IMG/VR virus record: IMGVR_UViG_3300037518_000480
Span: 1-40,283 of that record
DNA: 40,283 bases
Strand: one strand, 5' to 3'
Source of the DNA: a virus
Lineage: Duplodnaviria; Caudoviricetes
Shown here: one piece after another, positions 34,994 to 40,283 of the stretch
How positions within the stretch are numbered: the stretch's first letter is position 1
Layout of the letters: each line of letters starts with the position of its first letter
Program-made: the position numbers and the translations under genes
The notes under the pieces: model-generated
The model's input: only the letters and a program-made list of their open reading frames with translations
What the model was told of the DNA's origin: nothing
Databases searched by the model: none

Positions 34994-36106
34994 ATGCTCT
35001 ACCGCGTATCACAACCACATATAGGAGTGGATGAGCGCCGTCTTGTATACGAGGCAATCAATGAAGGGATGATTTCGCATGTCGGCAAGAATGTGGAGCA
35101 TTTTGAGAACGCCATGGCGAAGGTTCACAAGATGAAATACGCCGTGTCGTGCAACTCGGGAACAAACGCCCTCCACATCGCACTTGAAGCGCTCGGTATC
35201 AAAAAGGGGGACGAGGTTATTGTTCCTGAATTTACCATGATAGCGACTGCGTATGCCGTGTCGTACGTCGGCGCTACGCCCGTTTTTGTGGACTGTGGGG
35301 AAGGCCTTAACATAGACACCTCGCTCATTGAGGAGAAAATAACCCCCCGAACAAGGGCTATTATCCCCGTCCATATCTACGGAAGGCAGTGCAATATGGA
35401 GCACATTATGGAGATTGCGAAAAAGCATAAGCTGTTTGTGGTTGAGGATTGCGCGGAGGCGCACGGTATTATTCCTCAAGGAGACATTGCCTGCTACTCG
35501 TTCTTTGCCAACAAGATAATCACCACGGGGGAGGGTGGTATGTGTCTCACCAATCGGGTTCGGTATCGGGACAGATTGGTACGGCAGGCGAATATGGCGT
35601 TTGACCCACAGCATACGTTTCTGCATACCGTCGTGGCTCACAACTACCGTATGACTAACCTGCAGGCATCCGTGGGGCTGGGTCAGACGCTTCACATTCA
35701 CGAAACACTCTACAAGCGAAAACTCATTGAGAAGTGGTACAACGATATGCTTCCGCGACGCATACAGATGCCGAAACGAGAGGTTCTGTGGATGTATGAT
35801 ATAATTTTGGACAGCGAGGAGGAGCGTGATGGACTTACGGCGTTTCTTAAGAACCAGAAAATTGAGACACGTCTCTTTTTCAAGCCGATGAGTATGCAAC
35901 CGCCCTATCGGGGAGAATATAAGCATCTCAAAGCATACGACTTCTCGCGCCGTGGCATGTATCTTCCGACATACACGGATTTAACCATAGGCGACGTAGT
36001 ATATATTTGCGATGCAGTTTTCAGATACTTCCAACCTAACAGGGATAGTAGAGGACATAGATTTTCTCTGCAAGACGAACTCAACGAGCTATCCTCTCAA
36101 GGATAA
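34994..36106 (+). CDS. DegT/DnrJ PLP aminotransferase, perosamine synthase-like
   Basis: NSGTNALH, EDCAEAHG, SFFANKIITTGEGG, NYRMTNLQA. Confidence 0.92.
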   Translation: MLYRVSQPHIGVDERRLVYEAINEGMISHVGKNVEHFENAMAKVHKMKYAVSCNSGTNALHIALEALGIKKGDEVIVPEFTMIATAYAVSYVGATPVFVDCGEGLNIDTSLIEEKITPRTRAIIPVHIYGRQCNMEHIMEIAKKHKLFVVEDCAEAHGIIPQGDIACYSFFANKIITTGEGGMCLTNRVRYRDRLVRQANMAFDPQHTFLHTVVAHNYRMTNLQASVGLGQTLHIHETLYKRKLIEKWYNDMLPRRIQMPKREVLWMYDIILDSEEERDGLTAFLKNQKIETRLFFKPMSMQPPYRGEYKHLKAYDFSRRGMYLPTYTDLTIGDVVYICDAVFRYFQPNRDSRGHRFSLQDELNELSSQG

Positions 36107-36725
36107 AGCGCGAAACGTCAATCGTTGGCAGTACAAGGCGTGGGTGGATATGATTACGTCCAACCTACGCTGGCAGGTTGATGACCAAAACAACACTGAC
36201 CTCCCTATAGTCACCACCGACCTTGTTGCGGCACAGAGCGACTACGGACTGCCGACTGACCTGTTGAGGATTCAGGCGGTGGAAGTGAAAACAGATGGCG
36301 GCGACTGGGTTCGTCTCAAACCGTTTGACCAGCGCGACGTAACAAAAATCACCGACCTCTATACCTCTGACGGACTGCCGAAGTTTTACGACATTCGAGG
36401 CAACTCTATTTTCCTTGAACCCGCTCCCGCCGCCGCTTCAGTTACCCTTACGGCGGGACTCAAACTCTACATCTCCCGCGAGGGGGACGACTTTGCCTCA
36501 ACCGACACCACGCAAGAGCCGGGGTTCCCCGAGCCGTTCCACAGGATTTGCTCGCTCGGGGGAGTGTTTGATTATCTGGTGGTGCGTGGACCGCAGGAAA
36601 CAGCAGACCGCGTGCGCGTCGAACTTGAACAACTACGCAAGGAACTGCGGGATTTCTTTAGACAGGCGGTTGAGGAAGATGTCGTTACCTCCCGACCCGC
36701 ACATCGCACAAGCGACTACGAATAA
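36012..36725 (+). CDS. head-tail adaptor protein
   Basis: DYGLPTDLLRI, GLPKFY, IFLEPAP, PGFPEPFH. Confidence 0.75.
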   Translation: MQFSDTSNLTGIVEDIDFLCKTNSTSYPLKDKARNVNRWQYKAWVDMITSNLRWQVDDQNNTDLPIVTTDLVAAQSDYGLPTDLLRIQAVEVKTDGGDWVRLKPFDQRDVTKITDLYTSDGLPKFYDIRGNSIFLEPAPAAASVTLTAGLKLYISREGDDFASTDTTQEPGFPEPFHRICSLGGVFDYLVVRGPQETADRVRVELEQLRKELRDFFRQAVEEDVVTSRPAHRTSDYE

Positions 36726-36931
36726 TGAGTACATGGACACCACAAGGAAAGAGCTCTGCAAGCTACACACCTGAAACGAAGAGTTCGGCAACATGGACAC
36801 CCGAAGCAAAAAACTCAGCAGAACTATCGGCACTTTTGATGGAGTCGGGAGACTATCTTTTACAGGAAAACGAAGATTTGATATTACTAGAATTGTCGTC
36901 GGTAGGGTGGTCGGCACAATCTAAAAACTAG
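36725..36931 (+). CDS. small virion protein with (W/Y)TP repeats
   Basis: Three x(W/Y)TPxxK repeats; LLMESGDYLLQE motif. Confidence 0.65.
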   Translation: MSTWTPQGKSSASYTPETKSSATWTPEAKNSAELSALLMESGDYLLQENEDLILLELSSVGWSAQSKN

Positions 36932-36932
36932 C

Positions 36933-37370
36933 ATGGCAGATACAAAGATAAGCGCATTAACAGAACTTGTAAGCGTAGATGATACGGCTGATGAGCTTGC
37001 TATTGTTGACGACTCAGCAGGTTCCACAAAAAGAATCACTCTTGCGACTATACTGACGTGGATTAACTCGGTCACGGCGACCTTGACAAACAAGACCCTC
37101 ACCAGCCCGAAAATAAACGAGGACGTAGCAGTTACGGCAACAGCAACAGAACTGAACCACGTTGACGGTGTGACGAGTGCTCTTCAGACGCAGTTAGATG
37201 CCAAAGCTCCAACAGCTAGCCCGACATTTTCAGGTACTGTAACACTTCCCGGTACTTGGACAATAGTAATTGAAGATGGCGACTTGGTATTCAAGCATGG
37301 TGGAACAGAGCGAATGAGACTTGAAGATACTACTGGAAACCTCTCTATTACTGGTAACTACTCACCATAA
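36933..37370 (+). CDS. short tail-fibre-like protein
   Basis: MADTKISALT, TLTNKTLTSP, DGVTSALQTQLDAKAP.ASPTFSG. Confidence 0.75.
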   Translation: MADTKISALTELVSVDDTADELAIVDDSAGSTKRITLATILTWINSVTATLTNKTLTSPKINEDVAVTATATELNHVDGVTSALQTQLDAKAPTASPTFSGTVTLPGTWTIVIEDGDLVFKHGGTERMRLEDTTGNLSITGNYSP

Positions 37371-37383
37371 CAGATTACTTACT

Positions 37384-38943
37384 ATGGCAACTAAAAGAGA
37401 ACTACTGCTTCAACGGGCTTTTTACGGAGGTATGGTGCGCGACGACAAGTCCACAGTAAGAGGTTCTGCGTCAAACATTGAGGAGATTGACATCTTCGGC
37501 AATGCCGATTTTATGCAAGCAGAGCAGATATTCACCGCAGACGCACTTCCTGCGTCAAGCGAGGCGTATGCCTACACCGCCGATAATGACGACAGCGTGT
37601 GGCTCTATGGAAAGGAAACGGCGGCAAGCAAGATTCGTCTGTTTAAAGTAACAACGGGAGGCGCGGACAATCCGGGTGCGGTTGCCACGGTCTTCACGGG
37701 AGCGGACGCAACTGACCTCGCGTACGCCGTGTCGCCGCTTCAATACTTCAGACAGGACAACGACAATCAGGACTTTCTGTACTACCTCTCTCTTGCCACG
37801 GCAACGGTCAAACTTCGCGTCTATGACATAACGGCGGGAACGGAAAGCGAGAACGACTCTGCGGCAACCGCCATGACACTCACGGGTCTTGACGGAAGTT
37901 TTGATGCGTGTTTTATGAAGGTTCTTTTCGGAGAACTCTTTGTAGGAAACGGTCAGTATATTGCAAAGGTAGACAAGGACGGCATATTTACCGAGAAAGC
38001 GTTCACCCTCCCGAATGGGTGGGAGGCGGTTGATATTATTTCCGTATCGGATGTCGCGCTCATACTCGCGCGAAACATCAACCTAAAGATAAACACCTCA
38101 ATGGGGTTCTGGTGGGACTTGACCTCAACAGCGCAGGTGGACGATTCGTTCCCGATTCCGTGGGGCGGACCGCAATGGGTCGTGAACTTTCGGGAGAAGG
38201 TTATTATGTTCCTTGCGCATAGCGGCAAAGGACGGTTCTTCGTGCTCTCCGGCGCGTTCCCCGGAGCCGTGCCGGTGGGATTTGAGAGTGTGCAGATTTC
38301 AAACGTGGGAACCGCTACCGCGCTTCAACCCATTTCCTCACCAAAGATGGTTGTCGAACGCGAGAACGTACTATATTTCGGACTCTTCAAAACAGACAAA
38401 ACGGGCGTATACGCGCTCGGACAGCTGGACGAGAACAAGCCATTTGCGCTCACGCTCTCCAAGCGATTCCATACCACGGATTACTCGGCGCACAAGCCGA
38501 CGGCACTATTCATTAACGGGCCGAACTTCTATGCGGCATTCGTTGATAACACAACCGCCTCAACGGCTCGGTGTGAGTCCAACAACTCTCCCACGCGAAG
38601 CTCAAACGCCGTCTATGAAACCATACAGTTTGACAACGGCGACCCCACTGCAAACAAAAGCGTACTGTCGGCTTTCGTTACTGTCTATCCGCTTGCCGCA
38701 AGTACCGCCGTGGCGCTTTCTATTGACCCCGATTACTCCGGCTCATATACCGCAATTACCCGAGCGGACGGTACGGCGCTCAACGACACGAACGACGTGC
38801 TTGGGGACTTCACCCCGACGGGACTTACCGATATAAAGGTATGGAAAGTAAAACTCGCGCTTACGTCAAGCACCACGGACTCGCCCAAAATCACCAGTAT
38901 CGGATTTGACATTGTTTACCAAGACAACTCCGCACCGCAGTAG
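37384..38943 (+). CDS. tail nozzle/stabilisation (tubular B-like) protein
   Basis: 519 aa all-beta composition after the adaptor. Confidence 0.65.
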   Translation: MATKRELLLQRAFYGGMVRDDKSTVRGSASNIEEIDIFGNADFMQAEQIFTADALPASSEAYAYTADNDDSVWLYGKETAASKIRLFKVTTGGADNPGAVATVFTGADATDLAYAVSPLQYFRQDNDNQDFLYYLSLATATVKLRVYDITAGTESENDSAATAMTLTGLDGSFDACFMKVLFGELFVGNGQYIAKVDKDGIFTEKAFTLPNGWEAVDIISVSDVALILARNINLKINTSMGFWWDLTSTAQVDDSFPIPWGGPQWVVNFREKVIMFLAHSGKGRFFVLSGAFPGAVPVGFESVQISNVGTATALQPISSPKMVVERENVLYFGLFKTDKTGVYALGQLDENKPFALTLSKRFHTTDYSAHKPTALFINGPNFYAAFVDNTTASTARCESNNSPTRSSNAVYETIQFDNGDPTANKSVLSAFVTVYPLAASTAVALSIDPDYSGSYTAITRADGTALNDTNDVLGDFTPTGLTDIKVWKVKLALTSSTTDSPKITSIGFDIVYQDNSAPQ

Positions 38944-38967
38944 TTCGGCGAACTCACTATAAATAAT

Positions 38968-40283
38968 ATGACCAAAGATGTCTTTGAACTTGGTGAGAAC
39001 GAAGAGTTAAATGCCCTCAAAAAGAAGGTGGGCGACCTTGAGGCGCAGTTGGCGGGACTCAACCCGCGCAACCTTGCGGGACTCAACGCAAAAGAATTGC
39101 GGGCGGCGGTACGCGCGAACATCTTCGGCGATGGAACCGACGGAGAATACACACTGAATGCCAGTCAGGCGGCAGTGTCGGGACTGTTTGGACTCTCCGG
39201 TACCACATTTACCCTGCTTCGGGACGGGTTCTTTACGAACCTTACCGTGGCATCGGGATTCACGCTAAAGCCGGGCGGATTCCGTATTTTCTGTACAAAG
39301 GATTTCATAAACAACGGAGACGTTGTGGCGAACGGAAACAATGGAACGGCGGGAACTGCCGGAGTTGATGATGGAACAGTCGGAAGTGCGGGAGGGGCGG
39401 GAGGAACCGCAATCAACACAAGTGGTTCGCTTCCGCCGGGCATTGCGGGAAGCACGGGCGGTCAGGGAGGTGATGACTCGGCCGACAACGGCTCGACGGG
39501 CGTTGTCGGCACTGATTGTGTGAAGTCGCTCGGCACGGCTGGCGCGGGCGGTGGCGGGGGTGGTGCAGGCGGAGGAACGGGAGGTAGTGGCGGAAACGGC
39601 GGAAACGGCGGCTCCCAATTAGGAACGGTCTTTAATACTCCACGCTCACCGTCTTCTGTATACACGCTTCTTGACCGACCGTCGTTTGTCGCGCACGAAA
39701 GCAAAGATGCAGGCGACACACATATTGCTGAAGGAGACGGTATGTTCTACGGATTTTGTGTACTTGCCGCGAGTGGGTCGGCAACAGTCGCTGTAGATGG
39801 AACAACGGTACAATCTATGGCGGCAGGCACCCAACAGCTTAAAAAATCATTTTCAGTTCCCGTTCGTCTCGGACAAACGTACCTGCTCACTGTTAGCGCA
39901 GAGTCAACGGCCACCGCGTTCTTCATGATAACTAATGCGTATGCGCTTACTAACTCTGCCGGTGCGGGTGGGGGAGGTGGCGGTGGCGGTCCCGAAGACG
40001 ATGTTGCGGGAACCGGCGGTGGCGGGGGTGGGGGAGGTGGAACGGGAGGATTTATTGTCATTTTTCCCAACCGCATAATCAACAACGGAAACATACAGGT
40101 TCATGGAGGTGCTGGTGGAAACGGTGGTAAGGGAGGAGACGGGTCAGGAAACAACAGAGGGGGTGGCGGTGGCGGGGGTGGTGCGGGAGGGGCGGGAGGT
40201 GTCGTTATTACCGTATTCGGAACCAAGTCGGGTTCGGGAACAATCACCTCAACGGCGGGGGCGGCGGGAAGCGGGGGAGCAAA
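38968..40283 (+). CDS. Gly-rich tail protein (runs off the window; absent from the ORF track)
   Basis: Open from ATG 38968; IFGDGTDG, GGFRIFC, poly-Gly tracts, no stop before the end. Confidence 0.8.
   Translation, partial: MTKDVFELGENEELNALKKKVGDLEAQLAGLNPRNLAGLNAKELRAAVRANIFGDGTDGEYTLNASQAAVSGLFGLSGTTFTLLRDGFFTNLTVASGFTLKPGGFRIFCTKDFINNGDVVANGNNGTAGTAGVDDGTVGSAGGAGGTAINTSGSLPPGIAGSTGGQGGDDSADNGSTGVVGTDCVKSLGTAGAGGGGGGAGGGTGGSGGNGGNGGSQLGTVFNTPRSPSSVYTLLDRPSFVAHESKDAGDTHIAEGDGMFYGFCVLAASGSATVAVDGTTVQSMAAGTQQLKKSFSVPVRLGQTYLLTVSAESTATAFFMITNAYALTNSAGAGGGGGGGGPEDDVAGTGGGGGGGGGTGGFIVIFPNRIINNGNIQVHGGAGGNGGKGGDGSGNNRGGGGGGGGAGGAGGVVITVFGTKSGSGTITSTAGAAGSGGA

Noticed and set aside
509-40104. Minus-strand ORFs in the track (e.g. 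35009-35926, 18842-19429)
   Set aside because: They lie antisense to well-supported plus-strand genes and show no recognisable motifs.
29727-40283. Diversity-generating retroelement or invertible tail-fibre switch
   Set aside because: No reverse transcriptase, recombinase or TR/VR repeat pair seen.
1-40283. Integrated prophage with host flanks
   Set aside because: No integrase, repressor, att-adjacent tRNA or housekeeping genes; the ends join in frame.

Overview
The window reads as an essentially complete, circularly permuted ~40.3 kb tailed dsDNA phage genome, probably podovirus-like: it has large internal/ejection proteins and no tape measure or sheath. Every credible gene is on the + strand and standard code 11 applies. 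The last gene (Gly-rich tail protein, from 38968) runs off the right end and resumes at the left end. Order: ejection proteins, M23 lysin, a block of structured RNAs with holin and SLT lysin, small early genes (SSB-like, RusA, C5 DNA methyltransferase, PIN pair), a G-skewed island, TerS/TerL/portal/scaffold/capsid, a ~13.5 kb glycan-biosynthesis island, then head-tail and tail genes. I found no integrase, replication initiator, helicase or polymerase. Most genes lack Shine-Dalgarno sites, several look leaderless and TTATCCAC-like boxes recur, which suggests (inference only) a Patescibacteria/CPR-type host. Best candidate for an undescribed system: a four-gene phage-encoded ubiquitin-like conjugation operon at 13124-15761 (Ubl ending ...AG-L, putative E2, JAB/MPN+ peptidase, ThiF/E1) with no sulfur-transfer genes in the genome. 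Second: a probable virion-glycosylation pathway (Gmd, perosamine-type aminotransferase, formyltransferase, C-methyltransferase, about 6 glycosyltransferases). Third: unexplained structured RNAs, including a two-gene cassette enclosed in a boxA-led, rRNA-like processing stem. All family calls come from motif reading, not database searches.
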